A stretch of DNA of 64,000 nucleotides from Candidatus Harrisonbacteria bacterium CG10_big_fil_rev_8_21_14_0_10_49_15 (GCA_002773415.1 PFBD01000020.1:25667-89666), one strand, 5' to 3'; positions 1-9,143 are shown, numbered from the stretch's first letter. Notes: generated by a model from the sequence alone, not told the origin. Made by a program: numbers and translations.

Positions 1-1
1 A

Positions 2-2182
2 AAGGGTGATGACTATGTCACTGTCTTGGCACCGGTAGTGCGCGGACGGAAAGGGGAGTATTTTCAACTTTTACAGGATTTGTTTAGAGAGGGCTTTAGT
101 GAGGCGCGGATAGACGGGGAGGTTGTGTCACTGCGCGACAAAGTGGAGTTGAAGCGGTACGGCATGCATGACATTGAGGTGGTTGTGGATAAGGTGTTGC
201 TGCGGGATATCGGCAAGAGTAAGGAAAATATGACCCGGTTGACTGAGGCGGTGGAGACAGCTCTTCATAAGGGCGGCGGGTTGCTGACGGTTATTTTCGG
301 TGATGCGAAGAAGCCCCGCGTCGCTCCTAAAGGAGCTATGCGGGACAATGAGCTGATGTTATCAGCTCATTGGACTTGTCCGCGAGATAGCTTTTCTTTT
401 CCAGAGATAGAGCCGAGGCTGTTTTCGTTTAACAGTCCGTATGGAGCGTGTGAAGAGTGTCATGGTATTGGCCGAGATATGGTGACTTCAACGCCGTGCC
501 CGGCTTGTAATGGTAAGCGGCTGAAGCCGGAGGTGCTTTCTATTAAAATTGAAGGGAAAAATATTGATGAGATAGTGGCGATGGCCATTGATAAGGCGTA
601 TGAGTTTTTTGGTACTTTGGAAAACCACTTAACCGAGAATGAGAATAAAATAGCGCGGAATGTTTTGAAAGAGCTGGTGGACAGGTTGGAGTTTTTGATG
701 CAAGTCGGACTTGATTATCTTTCTCTAAATAGAGAGAGTGGTACGCTTTCGGGCGGGGAGAGCCAGCGGATAAGGTTGGCTAGCCAGATTGGGTCAAAGC
801 TGTCGGGGACGCTGTATGTGCTGGACGAGCCGACAATTGGTTTGCACGAGCGGGATAACGAGCGGTTGATCGCTATTTTGAAAGAGTTGCGGGCACTTGG
901 AAATACGCTTATTGTGGTGGAGCATGACGAGCGAGTTATTAAAGAGTCAGACTTTTTTGTAGAGATAGGCCCCGGCCCGGGGAGGCATGGCGGCGAGATC
1001 GTGATTGCGGGAGCGACTTCCTCCTTTCTTAAAGGAGGTGGCGCGGAGCGCCGGAGGACTTCTAAAATCCCTCTCGCCTCCGGCGGACTCCCTTTAAAAA
1101 AGGGAGAATCCCTAACTCTCAAATATCTAAATGGAGAGCTTGAGATCGAGGTGCCGGAGAAGCGAAGGAATAAGGATAAGGGAGTGTTAAAAATTGTTGG
1201 CGCAACCAAACACAATGTCAAAAACCTGGATGTGAATGTTCCGCTGAACAGACTTGTTTGTGTGACCGGGGTAAGTGGTAGTGGGAAGAGCACACTGGTG
1301 CATTTGATCTATAAAAATCTGCAGAGAAAATTGCACGGCTTTGAAAGCCGGATAAAGGGGGTGAGCAAGATAATGGGGACAGAGTATGTTCGCAAGGTTA
1401 TTGAGATAAATCAGTCGCCTATCGGGCGGACACCAAGGTCAAACCCGGCGACGTATACCGGGGTGTTCACTCCTATCAGGGATCTGTTCGCGCTCACGGC
1501 AGACGCGCGAGAGCGGGGTTATAAACCAAGCCGGTTCAGTTTTAACGTGCCAACGGCTAAGGGTGGCGGCCGATGCGAGGAGTGTCAGGGAGCGGGATTT
1601 AAGGTGATTGAGATGCACTTTTTGCCGGATGTGCTAGTGAAGTGTGATATTTGCAATGGAAAGCGATTTAATAGAGAGACGTTAGAGGTGAAGCACAAGG
1701 GGAAGAGTATTGCAGATGTATTGGAGATGACGGTAGAGGAGGCGTTTGATCTTTTTGAGGATGTGTACACCATTTCGGATAAGCTGCGGGTGTTGCGGGA
1801 TGTGGGCTTGGAGTACATCAAGTTGGGCCAGGCGGCAACCACTCTATCGGGCGGAGAGGCGCAGCGAATAAAGCTATCTAAGGAGTTGGCGCGGCCGATG
1901 GCGCGCAACGACTTGTTTATTTTAGACGAGCCGACAACGGGTTTGCATTATCAGGACGTGAAGATGCTTTTGGCGGTTTTGGAAAGATTAATAGACAAGG
2001 GGAATACTGTTTTGCTGATAGAGCACAACATGCACGTTATTAAAACGGCGGATTACTTAATAGACATGGGGCCGGAAGCCGGGGATGGCGGCGGAAAGTT
2101 GCTGGTCGCCGGTACACCAGAGGAGGTGGCGCGGCATCCAAAGTCGCACACGGGAAGGTATTTGAAGGAGTATCTAAGTTAA
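2..2182 (+). CDS. uvrA: Excinuclease ABC subunit A (UvrA), 5'-truncated by the window edge. Carries an in-frame ~90-bp palindromic element at ~1018-1109
   Basis: The frame is open to the window start. Tandem ABC ATPase motifs (LSGGESQR, Walker B DEPT twice) and zinc-finger cysteines (CEECHG, CNGKR) are present. The inserted peptide SSFLKGGGAERRR...KKGES is encoded by the repeat element. Confidence 0.9.
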   Translation, partial: KGDDYVTVLAPVVRGRKGEYFQLLQDLFREGFSEARIDGEVVSLRDKVELKRYGMHDIEVVVDKVLLRDIGKSKENMTRLTEAVETALHKGGGLLTVIFGDAKKPRVAPKGAMRDNELMLSAHWTCPRDSFSFPEIEPRLFSFNSPYGACEECHGIGRDMVTSTPCPACNGKRLKPEVLSIKIEGKNIDEIVAMAIDKAYEFFGTLENHLTENENKIARNVLKELVDRLEFLMQVGLDYLSLNRESGTLSGGESQRIRLASQIGSKLSGTLYVLDEPTIGLHERDNERLIAILKELRALGNTLIVVEHDERVIKESDFFVEIGPGPGRHGGEIVIAGATSSFLKGGGAERRRTSKIPLASGGLPLKKGESLTLKYLNGELEIEVPEKRRNKDKGVLKIVGATKHNVKNLDVNVPLNRLVCVTGVSGSGKSTLVHLIYKNLQRKLHGFESRIKGVSKIMGTEYVRKVIEINQSPIGRTPRSNPATYTGVFTPIRDLFALTADARERGYKPSRFSFNVPTAKGGGRCEECQGAGFKVIEMHFLPDVLVKCDICNGKRFNRETLEVKHKGKSIADVLEMTVEEAFDLFEDVYTISDKLRVLRDVGLEYIKLGQAATTLSGGEAQRIKLSKELARPMARNDLFILDEPTTGLHYQDVKMLLAVLERLIDKGNTVLLIEHNMHVIKTADYLIDMGPEAGDGGGKLLVAGTPEEVARHPKSHTGRYLKEYLS
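1018..1109. repeat. In-frame nested-palindromic element (family A), copy 1, inside uvrA. Module order B-C-A
   Basis: Hairpin tcctccttt..aaaggagg, then ggcg.gag.gccggagga, then atccctc..cggactccctttaaaaaagggagaat. The same modules recur at 2596, 11411 and 14147. Confidence 0.8.
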
Positions 2183-2202
2183 TTTCCAATTTCCAATTTT
2201 CA

Positions 2203-3573
2203 ATGAGAACGGTATTGGAAAAACTAAAAAAGGTGGCGAAGGGGTTCCCGGATAAGCCAGGGGTCTATTTTTGGCGGGACGCGAAAGGCAAGCCGTTGTA
2301 CATTGGCCGGGCGGGGAGTTTGAAAAAGAGGGTGGCGAGTTATTTTATCGCGAAAGATGCTCGGATTGCGGAGATGGTGTCGCAGGCGCGGAAGTTAGAC
2401 TATCAGCAGACGGAGACCTTGTTGGAGGCTGTTATCTTGGAAGCGAATCTTATTAAGAAGCACTGGCCGAAGTACAATGTGCGGGAAAAGGATGATAAGA
2501 GTTTCATCTATCTCGTTATTACTAAAGATCCTTCGACAAGCTCAGGACAGGGAGAATTTCCGCGCCTAGTCATTGTGCGCGGGCGGGAGCTGGAGAAATC
2601 CCTCCCGGCTATGCCGGACTCCCTTTGTAAAAGGGAGAATTATTCCTCCTTTATTAAAGGAGGTGGCCGGAGGCCGGAGGATTTTTTGGCGGTGTTTGGT
2701 CCGTATCAAAGCTATCGGATGTTACGAAAGGTGTTAGAGATCGTGCGGAAGATATTTCCGTTCGCGACGTGCAAGCCGGGAGTAGGTAGGGCGTGTTTTC
2801 ATTATCAGATTGGGCTGTGTCCGGGCGTGTGTATCGGGGCTGCGGATAAAAAAGAGTATCAAAAGACAATAAAAAACTTAATCCTGTTTTTCCGGGGCGA
2901 TAAGAAACGGTTGCTGGCGAAGTTGAAAAAAGAGAATGTTGAGGCAGTGGTCGCGCTGAAGCATATTAACGATGTGGCACTGCTTGCGGAGTCGGATTCT
3001 TTTGTGCGTGGTTCGACTGCGCTTACCACAAGGCGGATTGAGGGCTATGACATTAGCCATTCGGCCGGGAAGGAGGCAGTGGGGGCGATGGTTGTTTTTG
3101 AGAATGGGGAGGCGGATACGTCTCAATATCGGCTATTTAAGATAAGGGGCGATATTGAGGAGGTAAGAGGTAAGAGCAAAGAGGTAAGAAGGGGGTATAC
3201 GCAGGACGATATCGCGATGTTGAAGGAGGTGGTGAGTCGGAGACTAAAGCATACCGAGTGGCCGGCGCCGGATATTGTGTTTGTGGATGGGGGAGCGAAT
3301 CAGGTGCGGGCGGTGGTGGCAGTGCTGAAACAGGCAAATGTGTATGTGCCGGTTGTGGGTTTATCAAAAGGCGGCAAGCACGCCGGAAGTGCATATGCGA
3401 CGGATAAGCTAGTAATTGCTAATGCTAAGCCGGTTGGTAGAGAACTGCTGGCCGGTTCGAAGAAGTTGTTTCAAGAAGTGCGGAACGAGGCGCATCGGTT
3501 TGCGATTAGTTTTCATAGAAAACGAACACGGATAAACACGGATAGGAAACGGATGAGCACGGATAAAAAATAG
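2203..3573 (+). CDS. uvrC: Excinuclease ABC subunit C (UvrC), short form (456 aa) lacking the C-terminal RNase H/HhH region. Contains family-A and family-B in-frame repeats
   Basis: GIY-YIG N-terminus (GVYFWRDAKGKPLYIGRAGSLKKRVASYF), a UvrC homology region, and EAHRFAISFHRKR near the end. Confidence 0.85.
   Translation: MRTVLEKLKKVAKGFPDKPGVYFWRDAKGKPLYIGRAGSLKKRVASYFIAKDARIAEMVSQARKLDYQQTETLLEAVILEANLIKKHWPKYNVREKDDKSFIYLVITKDPSTSSGQGEFPRLVIVRGRELEKSLPAMPDSLCKRENYSSFIKGGGRRPEDFLAVFGPYQSYRMLRKVLEIVRKIFPFATCKPGVGRACFHYQIGLCPGVCIGAADKKEYQKTIKNLILFFRGDKKRLLAKLKKENVEAVVALKHINDVALLAESDSFVRGSTALTTRRIEGYDISHSAGKEAVGAMVVFENGEADTSQYRLFKIRGDIEEVRGKSKEVRRGYTQDDIAMLKEVVSRRLKHTEWPAPDIVFVDGGANQVRAVVAVLKQANVYVPVVGLSKGGKHAGSAYATDKLVIANAKPVGRELLAGSKKLFQEVRNEAHRFAISFHRKRTRINTDRKRMSTDKK
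2530..2551. repeat. In-frame mini-repeat (family B), ccttcgacaagctcaggacagg, inside uvrC
   Basis: Near-identical 22-25-mers occur in nfo (6884-6908) and typA (28129-28153). All are in-frame and encode (T)RST(S/G)SGQ(A/G). Confidence 0.7.
2596..2687. repeat. In-frame nested-palindromic element (family A), copy 2, inside uvrC. Module order A-B-C with terminal inverted repeats aatccctcccgg / ccggaggatt
   Basis: Read directly from the sequence. Encodes SLPAMPDSLCKRENYSSFIKGGGRRPEDF. Confidence 0.8.
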
Positions 3574-3608
3574 CCCGAGCGCGAGGAGTGGTTACCTGCG
3601 CTCGGGCT
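3574..3608. terminator. Hairpin terminator after uvrC (gcccgagcgc...gcgctcgggc)
   Basis: 10-bp GC stem. Confidence 0.5.
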
Positions 3609-3715
3609 GCCAGTTGCTACTAGGCCTCTCCCAGTGTCTATGCGCTCTGTAGCGCAATCACAGGGATAGTAGCAGCTGCCCTTTGCGCCTCCGTAGGGGG
3701 CGCGGCCCGGCTTGG

Positions 3716-3859
3716 CTACCTGGCGTTGCGACGCAGCGAGCTGGAGTTGCTCACGACGCGCTTGGAATCGCTTCCGACGCCAGCGCGACCGGACTCGCTT
3801 CCGACTCCGGCGCGGCTGAACGTGTTGGCTCGGCGACTGTAGATGACTTTGTTGGTCAT
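3716..3859 (-). CDS. Gly/Ser-rich micro-ORF (47 aa), tandem copy 1. Preceded by the conserved leader caacccccacGgagttgggagaaaggagaa
   Basis: ATG with SD ggagaaaggag. Peptide MTNKVIYSRRANTFSRAGVGSESGRAGVGSDSKRVVSNSSSLRRNAR. Lies in a GC-rich islet. Confidence 0.45.
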   Translation of the reverse strand: MTNKVIYSRRANTFSRAGVGSESGRAGVGSDSKRVVSNSSSLRRNAR

Positions 3860-3949
3860 CTGGCTTCTCCTTTCTCCCAACTCCGTGGGGGTTGCGCCGT
3901 GAAAGGGAGTTCCACGGCTGTGCCTAGGTTCGTGACGTCAGCCGCGGGC

Positions 3950-4132
3950 TCACCCGTCCAGGGTGGTGCAGGCGCGACTGTACGTCGTCACGGCTCGGCG
4001 GAGGTTGTTGGTGTCGAGGCCGCGTCCCGAGTTGGACGAGCCACTCCGGTCGGAGTTCACGCCGCCGCTCTGGATCTTCCCGCCGTCCATGATCCCGCCC
4101 CGGGCGATGCCGTGGTCTTTGATCGGATTCAC
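3950..4132 (-). CDS. Gly/Ser-rich micro-ORF (60 aa), tandem copy 2, GTG start. Same conserved leader as copy 1
   Basis: Leader caacccccacAgagttgggagaaaggagaaagcaGTG. The C-terminal ..NNLRRA.. motif is shared with copy 1. Confidence 0.45.
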   Translation of the reverse strand: MNPIKDHGIARGGIMDGGKIQSGGVNSDRSGSSNSGRGLDTNNLRRAVTTYSRACTTLDG

Positions 4133-4261
4133 TGCTTTCTCCTTTCTCCCAACTCTGTGGGGGTTGTGCGGCTCTGGGAGCCGCGAGTCCAGTTTTTATG
4201 ATATAGGAAAAAAGCGTAGCTGGAAAGATAGTTCCGGAATTCTACGGACGCGCTTTGCGCG

Positions 4262-4738
4262 TTAGCCTTTGATGTCTACTTCGCCGTCAACTAGCGGACT
4301 GGTCGCGACTTGGAAGCGCATGGTGACTACGGCGCCGCTGGTGTCTTGGGCTGGGGCGTCGGTGGCGGCGGAGAAGATGCCATTGCCGTCGTCAACGTGG
4401 AGCATGGCGTGGTAGGAGGCGCCGGCAGTGGTGGACATGACGATAGAGACGTTTTGGTGAATGCCCGGTTGGAGAAGCTTGCTACTTGCGACGATGTCGT
4501 CAGGGGCGCCGTTGCTATCGGCGTGGATGACAACAAATCCTGGCTGGGTGAGCTCTACTTGGTCAACCACAACCGCGACTTTACTTGGGTCTTGCAGGCC
4601 GATGGTCAGGCTGTTGGCTTCGGCAGTCGTGGCTACCTCCTCAGTTGGTGCGCCGGAGCGGGTGAACATAAATATTAAAAGAGCGACGACTACGATGGCA
4701 ACGATTATCCAGAAGACTGTTTTATTTTTATTCTCCAT
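4262..4738 (-). CDS. Secreted/membrane-anchored hypothetical protein (N-terminal TM helix)
   Basis: N-terminus MENKNKTVFWIIVAIVVVALLIFMF. The ORF is followed by the hairpin cgcgcaaagcgcg. Confidence 0.6.
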   Translation of the reverse strand: MENKNKTVFWIIVAIVVVALLIFMFTRSGAPTEEVATTAEANSLTIGLQDPSKVAVVVDQVELTQPGFVVIHADSNGAPDDIVASSKLLQPGIHQNVSIVMSTTAGASYHAMLHVDDGNGIFSAATDAPAQDTSGAVVTMRFQVATSPLVDGEVDIKG

Positions 4739-4804
4739 ACATGTATTTAATTACTTATTTAAAGGTAGTATACCACTGCCCTGAGTGAAAAAGAAATGAA
4801 GAAT

Positions 4805-5743
4805 TTAGGGCTGAATGCGGAGGCGATAGGTGACTTCGCGAATATTGCGGAGCACAGAATCCTGTTCATAATCGTCGGTTATACGGATGTTTTGATTTCG
4901 GGATTTATCTTTAACGATCTCCTGGATGAGTGCTTTGAGGGTGCTGACTCGATCTAAGAGAAGTTGTTGATCTTTTGTGAGGGTGCGCTTGCTGAATACT
5001 TCTTCATAAAAATCGAGTTGGACCTCAATTTGTTTTAGGAAGACTATCTGGGCCGGGTGGTTCTCGATCGCGGTCCGACGTTCTAAAAATTTTTCTTGTA
5101 GTGCTGGTGTTCTATTCTTATTTTCTTGGAGACGGATAAGCTCTGAAAGGAGATCAATAAGTTCTTTGCAGTGCTGAGTATCAAGCCCGATCACTACAGG
5201 AACAATACCATCTAGTGATCCTCTGAAATCATCAGCCAAAGAGGCAAAGTATTTCACTCTAGTTTCGGGTTTCTCGTTTAGTATTTTGCGGAGGTTGCGC
5301 TCTATTTTTTTGGTGATTATGGTTTGATCGGCCGCGCGAGTAGCGTCAATTGCGAGCGCCATGCGTTCGAATATTTCTTCATTTGTGAATTCTGCGACCG
5401 CATCAACGCCATTTCGGATATCGTCATGTGCGGATGTGCGGACGATCTCTGTTGTAAGACCAAGCCAGGCACTTCTGCGGGTTTGATCTATGACTATTCC
5501 TTCCAGCGCTTTGCTTATCTGTTCGCTGTCTGCGATAACTTCTCTATCCTTGAATTGATGTTCAAGGTGATTGGCATCGGCTATGTCGCGTTCAATCTCT
5601 TCCGCGGGAAAGATGTCTGTAAAATCTCTTGGATCTAGTCTCGGATATTCTTTCTTTACGTATTGAGTGACAGCTTCGGCGTCCTTGAGGCGTTCGCGTT
5701 GCCTGTTTAAGCCGGGAAATTGATCTGGTTTCATATTACTCAT
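4805..5743 (-). CDS. Hypothetical protein (312 aa). Near-leaderless start behind a TACAAT box
   Basis: Long ORF at host-like GC. Upstream gctacaatgagtaatATG. Confidence 0.6.
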   Translation of the reverse strand: MSNMKPDQFPGLNRQRERLKDAEAVTQYVKKEYPRLDPRDFTDIFPAEEIERDIADANHLEHQFKDREVIADSEQISKALEGIVIDQTRRSAWLGLTTEIVRTSAHDDIRNGVDAVAEFTNEEIFERMALAIDATRAADQTIITKKIERNLRKILNEKPETRVKYFASLADDFRGSLDGIVPVVIGLDTQHCKELIDLLSELIRLQENKNRTPALQEKFLERRTAIENHPAQIVFLKQIEVQLDFYEEVFSKRTLTKDQQLLLDRVSTLKALIQEIVKDKSRNQNIRITDDYEQDSVLRNIREVTYRLRIQP

Positions 5744-5766
5744 TGTAGCTTTTTATATAGAAATGC

Positions 5767-5803
5767 AAAAGGCGCTTCCATGTCCGGCGGAAGCGCCCTT
5801 TCT
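5767..5803. terminator. Bidirectional rho-independent terminator (ggcgcttcc..ggaagcgcc with flanking T/A runs)
   Basis: 9-bp stem with U-runs on both strands. Confidence 0.6.
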
Positions 5804-5853
5804 GCGTGTGCTTGGCCTTAGCCAGGGGCACGAGCGGCGAGACCCCGCCTTTC

Positions 5854-6360
5854 TTATCGGGCTTTGGCGCCGCGTTTGCCAAGCTCGGAGAAGAGGTGGT
5901 GACTTATCTGAGCCCGACGCTCCTCGTTGCCCTTGCCATCCCAGTTGTAGTTGGAGAGGGTGTGATTGACGGCCTGGATGACATGGCTGTCGTGCGAGAC
6001 GTCGCTGCTTCTGAGGGCGTCTTGCTCACAGACCCAGGCCAGGAAACGAGCAGCCTGGTCGACGAGCTGGCGAGGCGAGAGGAAGGAGCCTCTTTTTGCC
6101 CAGTTGTCGTTTTTCCGCTGACCTCCCCGCTGCCGGACAAGGTACCCGATGGCGGCCTTGTAATCGTGGAAGGTATCGTCGTCGCTTGGCCCGAAGTGTT
6201 CGGAAACGACCTCTGTGATGATCGTGTCCATCGGGTTCTGGTCACGACCACGGACGGCGTACTTATCCAGTGCTGCGCGAGCAGCGTCCTGAACCCGTTG
6301 CTCGTTGATGAGCGGCGGCGGCTTCTTTCTTCTTGCGCTCACTTGGTTGCCCCCTGTCAA
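5854..6360 (-). CDS. Hypothetical protein in a GC-rich islet. Start is TTG at 6360 or the GTG 15 nt downstream (SD agggggc)
   Basis: 168-aa ORF in a ~63% GC segment. It has its own TATAAT box (rc of 6406-6411) and a downstream terminator. The overlapping plus-strand ORF 5806..7347 is a read-through artefact fused to nfo. Confidence 0.5.
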   Translation of the reverse strand: MTGGNQVSARRKKPPPLINEQRVQDAARAALDKYAVRGRDQNPMDTIITEVVSEHFGPSDDDTFHDYKAAIGYLVRQRGGQRKNDNWAKRGSFLSPRQLVDQAARFLAWVCEQDALRSSDVSHDSHVIQAVNHTLSNYNWDGKGNEERRAQISHHLFSELGKRGAKAR

Positions 6361-6427
6361 AAGACAGGAGTGTGCGCAGGTGAAGCAACCCAGTGCTACT
6401 TCTATCTATATTATAACATTTTTTTAT

Positions 6428-6459
6428 TTGAAAATCAAGGGTGGGACGTGTGGTACAAT
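6428..6459 (+). promoter_or_regulatory. nfo promoter: extended -10 (TGtgGTACAAT) with an upstream TTGAAA. Leader only ~6 nt
   Basis: Sequence ttgaaaatcaagggtgggacgtgtggtacaatggcgagATG. Confidence 0.5.
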
Positions 6460-6465
6460 GGCGAG

Positions 6466-7347
6466 ATGGCAAAGTTAGGCAAGCCACTTCTAGGCGCGCA
6501 TGTTTCTGTGGCCGGCGGATATGAAAACGGCATTACTGCGGGTGAAGCCATGGGCGCGGAAGTTATTCAGATCTTTGGCGCGAGCCCGCGGCAGTGGGCT
6601 GTTAAAGTTTCGAGTGAAACGAAGGTCGAGGCATTTAAAAAACAGTTTGCGACTAGTTCGCTGCAGGCGCTGTATTTACACGGCGCGTATTTGGTGAATT
6701 TAGGAGCGGCTAATCCGGAGGCGTGGCAAAAATCAGTAGCGAATCTGATCGCGCACTATCAGATCGCTACTCATCTGGGCGCGGATGGACTGATCTTTCA
6801 TGTGGGCAGCCCAAACGGAGACGATAAGCAGCAGGCTATGGACAGGGCTATTAAGGGTATGAAAGAGGTGCTGAAAAAAGTAACCCGTTCGACAAGCTCA
6901 GGGCAAGCCGGCAAAAGTTGGCTGATTATGGAGAACTCGGCGAGCCATAAAAAGCTGGGGGCGACGCCGGAAGAGATGCGGTATATGTGGGATGGCGTTG
7001 GCTCGGATCGGGTTAAGGTTTGTATTGATACGGCGCATGCGTTTGAGGCGGGGCTTATCATGGAGTACGCGCCGGCCAAGATCAAAGTATTTTTAGACGA
7101 GTGGGACGCGGCAGTTGGTTTGAAAGAAATTCCGGTGCTTCACGTCAATGATTCTAAGACCGCAGCCGGGTCTAATAATGATCGGCATGAGAATATCGGC
7201 GAGGGTTTGATTGGTAAGCAGGGGTTTGCGCATTTGGCTCGGGAGAAGAGGATGGCGGGCAAGCACTGGATATTAGAGGTGCCGGGATTTGACGGGAAGG
7301 GGCCGGATAAACGGAATTTGGATATTTTAAAGCGCTGTGTATACTAA
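6466..7347 (+). CDS. nfo: Endonuclease IV (Nfo, AP endonuclease family 2) with an in-frame family-B mini-repeat
   Basis: MAKLGKPLLGAHVSVAGGY..; the HVGSPNG and NDSKT..GSNNDRHENIGEG motifs. The inserted TRSTSSGQAG peptide is encoded by the repeat at 6884-6908. Confidence 0.85.
   Translation: MAKLGKPLLGAHVSVAGGYENGITAGEAMGAEVIQIFGASPRQWAVKVSSETKVEAFKKQFATSSLQALYLHGAYLVNLGAANPEAWQKSVANLIAHYQIATHLGADGLIFHVGSPNGDDKQQAMDRAIKGMKEVLKKVTRSTSSGQAGKSWLIMENSASHKKLGATPEEMRYMWDGVGSDRVKVCIDTAHAFEAGLIMEYAPAKIKVFLDEWDAAVGLKEIPVLHVNDSKTAAGSNNDRHENIGEGLIGKQGFAHLAREKRMAGKHWILEVPGFDGKGPDKRNLDILKRCVY
6884..6908. repeat. Family-B mini-repeat (cccgttcgacaagctcagggcaagc) in-frame in nfo
   Basis: See 2530 and 28129. 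Confidence 0.7.
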
Positions 7348-8197
7348 AAGCATGAATAAAAGGATTCTCTGGGTAGTGCTCATTATTATAGTAATCCTGG
7401 TTGTGGTCGGCTTTGTGTTGCCGGCTTCAGAGCGGGTGCCGGTTGAAGACCCGGCTGACGAAGAACCGCTTCTGCCGAGCGTGTCGGCAAATGGGAATAT
7501 GAAGGTGTGGTGGCCGTGGCCGGGAGTGGAGGTGATGCGCCCGCTACGCATCTTGGGCGAGGCGCGGGTATTTGAGAACGCGCTTAGTTATCGTGTTAGG
7601 AATAATTCCGGCGAAATAATTGCCGAGGGATTCACGACTGCGTCCGCGCCGGATATTGGTCAGTTTGGTCCGTTTGTCGTGAGTGTGCCATATGAGGCTC
7701 AGGCGGAACTCGCCGGTACGGTGGAGGTTTTCGCGCACAGTGCTAAAGACGGTTCAGTAATTGAGCTGGTGAGCATTCCGGTTAAACTGGCGCAAGTTGA
7801 GTCAACCGCCGTGGCCGTCTATTTTGGTAATGCAATTAGCGACCCGGAAGTGCAGGCATGTGAGCGAACTTATCCGTCCGTTCGGATAGTGCCGAAGACG
7901 ACCGCGGTGGCGCGTGAGGCGCTGGAGCAGTTGCTCTCCGGACCGACTGAAGTTGAGCAGGAGCTTGGATTTTTTACAAGTATTCAGGACACGAAAGCCG
8001 TGAAAATTCAATCCTTGACCATTAAGGACGGAGTTGCTACGGTTGATTTAAGTGCCGCCTTAAGCGCAAGTGCGGGCGGTAGTTGCCGAGTAGTCGCTGT
8101 CCGTTCACAGATCATAAATACCTTGCTACAATTTGAGACTGTAGACGAAGTAGTTATATCGGTTGAAGGCGAGACAGATGAAGTCTTACAGCCGTGA
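7337..8197 (+). CDS. GerMN-domain (spore-germination-like) lipoprotein/secreted protein
   Basis: N-terminal TM segment. The C-terminal region AREALEQLLSGPTEVEQELGFFTSI..VATVDLS is typical of the GerMN domain. Confidence 0.6.
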   Translation: MYTKSMNKRILWVVLIIIVILVVVGFVLPASERVPVEDPADEEPLLPSVSANGNMKVWWPWPGVEVMRPLRILGEARVFENALSYRVRNNSGEIIAEGFTTASAPDIGQFGPFVVSVPYEAQAELAGTVEVFAHSAKDGSVIELVSIPVKLAQVESTAVAVYFGNAISDPEVQACERTYPSVRIVPKTTAVAREALEQLLSGPTEVEQELGFFTSIQDTKAVKIQSLTIKDGVATVDLSAALSASAGGSCRVVAVRSQIINTLLQFETVDEVVISVEGETDEVLQP

Positions 8198-8273
8198 TAG
8201 TATTCGCTAATAATGCGAATAAACTCAAGTAATAATGCTAATGGTCGCTACATAAAGAAGAGTACGTAGAAGT

Positions 8274-9125
8274 TTGGTAATTATTAATTCATTAATTAAA
8301 ACTATTATGTTAAAGAATATTATTTTGAGTGTTGCCGCGCTTGCGATTGCTTTGCCGGTCGGTGCGCAGACGCCGCCGCCACTCCGGGTGCGAACTGAAG
8401 CGCAGGCAGAGATGCGCGCTGAGACACGTACAGATGTTCGTCCGGTTCAGATGCACGCGGGAGAAGAGGTGCGCGTACAGGTGCGCATGGAGGGCGAGGG
8501 CGAGCTTCGCGGTGAAGCTATGCGAGAGCACATGATGGAAGAGCGGGCTATGATTATGGAGAATCGTGAGGCTCGTCGGATGGAGCGCACTGAGTTGCGG
8601 GCCGAGCACCGTACAGAGTTACGAGCGCGTGTGGGGGATTTGCAAGACGAGAAGCGAGCAGAGCGCGTTTTGAAGATCGATGAGCGGTTGGCTGCAATTA
8701 ATGAGCGGATGACGACTCATTTTTCTGAGAAACTATCTAAGCTACAGGATCTAACCCTTAGGATTGCCGCTCGGGCAGATGCGGCCGAAGAGAATGGTGC
8801 TGATGTTTCGACGGTGCGCGAGGCCTTGGCAAACATTGATAAGCAGGTTGATATCGCCCAGGAAGCTGTTACTGCCCAAGTTGGCATGACCTACGAGATT
8901 ACCTTTGAGAGCAGTGACACTCTGCGGGCGGATATTCAGGCGGTTAAGGAGGAGTTGCGCTTAGAGTTGGTGGCTGTGAAAGAAGCTGTGCAGGCCGCGC
9001 AAAAGACGGTCCGAGACGCGCTGGTTGCTTTGGCCGCGGTTGTTGATGCTCGAGACGATGTAGAGGTAGAGGTGGAAGCTGAAGCAGAGGTTGAGGTCGA
9101 AGAAGAAGTGGAGTCGGAATCATAA
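8274..9125 (+). CDS. Secreted coiled-coil protein with a Glu/Val-rich acidic tail
   Basis: Signal peptide, Arg/Glu-rich heptad-like region, C-terminal EVEVEAEAEVEVEEEVESES. Confidence 0.6.
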   Translation: MVIINSLIKTIMLKNIILSVAALAIALPVGAQTPPPLRVRTEAQAEMRAETRTDVRPVQMHAGEEVRVQVRMEGEGELRGEAMREHMMEERAMIMENREARRMERTELRAEHRTELRARVGDLQDEKRAERVLKIDERLAAINERMTTHFSEKLSKLQDLTLRIAARADAAEENGADVSTVREALANIDKQVDIAQEAVTAQVGMTYEITFESSDTLRADIQAVKEELRLELVAVKEAVQAAQKTVRDALVALAAVVDARDDVEVEVEAEAEVEVEEEVESES

Positions 9126-9143
9126 TCAATAATCTAATTTGCT

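Noticed and set aside
715-1293. Antisense ORFs inside uvrA, uvrC, fusA, tuf and other long genes (e.g. 715..1293, 36665..37192, 37999..38709)
   Set aside because: They lie opposite strongly conserved protein-coding genes and have no start signals; they are typical shadow ORFs.
3683-4201. Plus-strand 172-aa ORF across the GC-rich islet
   Set aside because: High-GC DNA yields long ORFs in several frames. The minus strand shows two SD-preceded micro-ORFs with a duplicated leader, which is better evidence. The plus-strand ORF cannot be fully excluded.
5806-7347. 513-aa plus-strand ORF in the track
   Set aside because: It is an artefactual read-through from GC-rich DNA into nfo. nfo has its own extended -10 promoter and starts at 6466 (MAKLGKPL..). 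The islet gene is more plausibly the minus-strand ORF with its own promoter and terminator.
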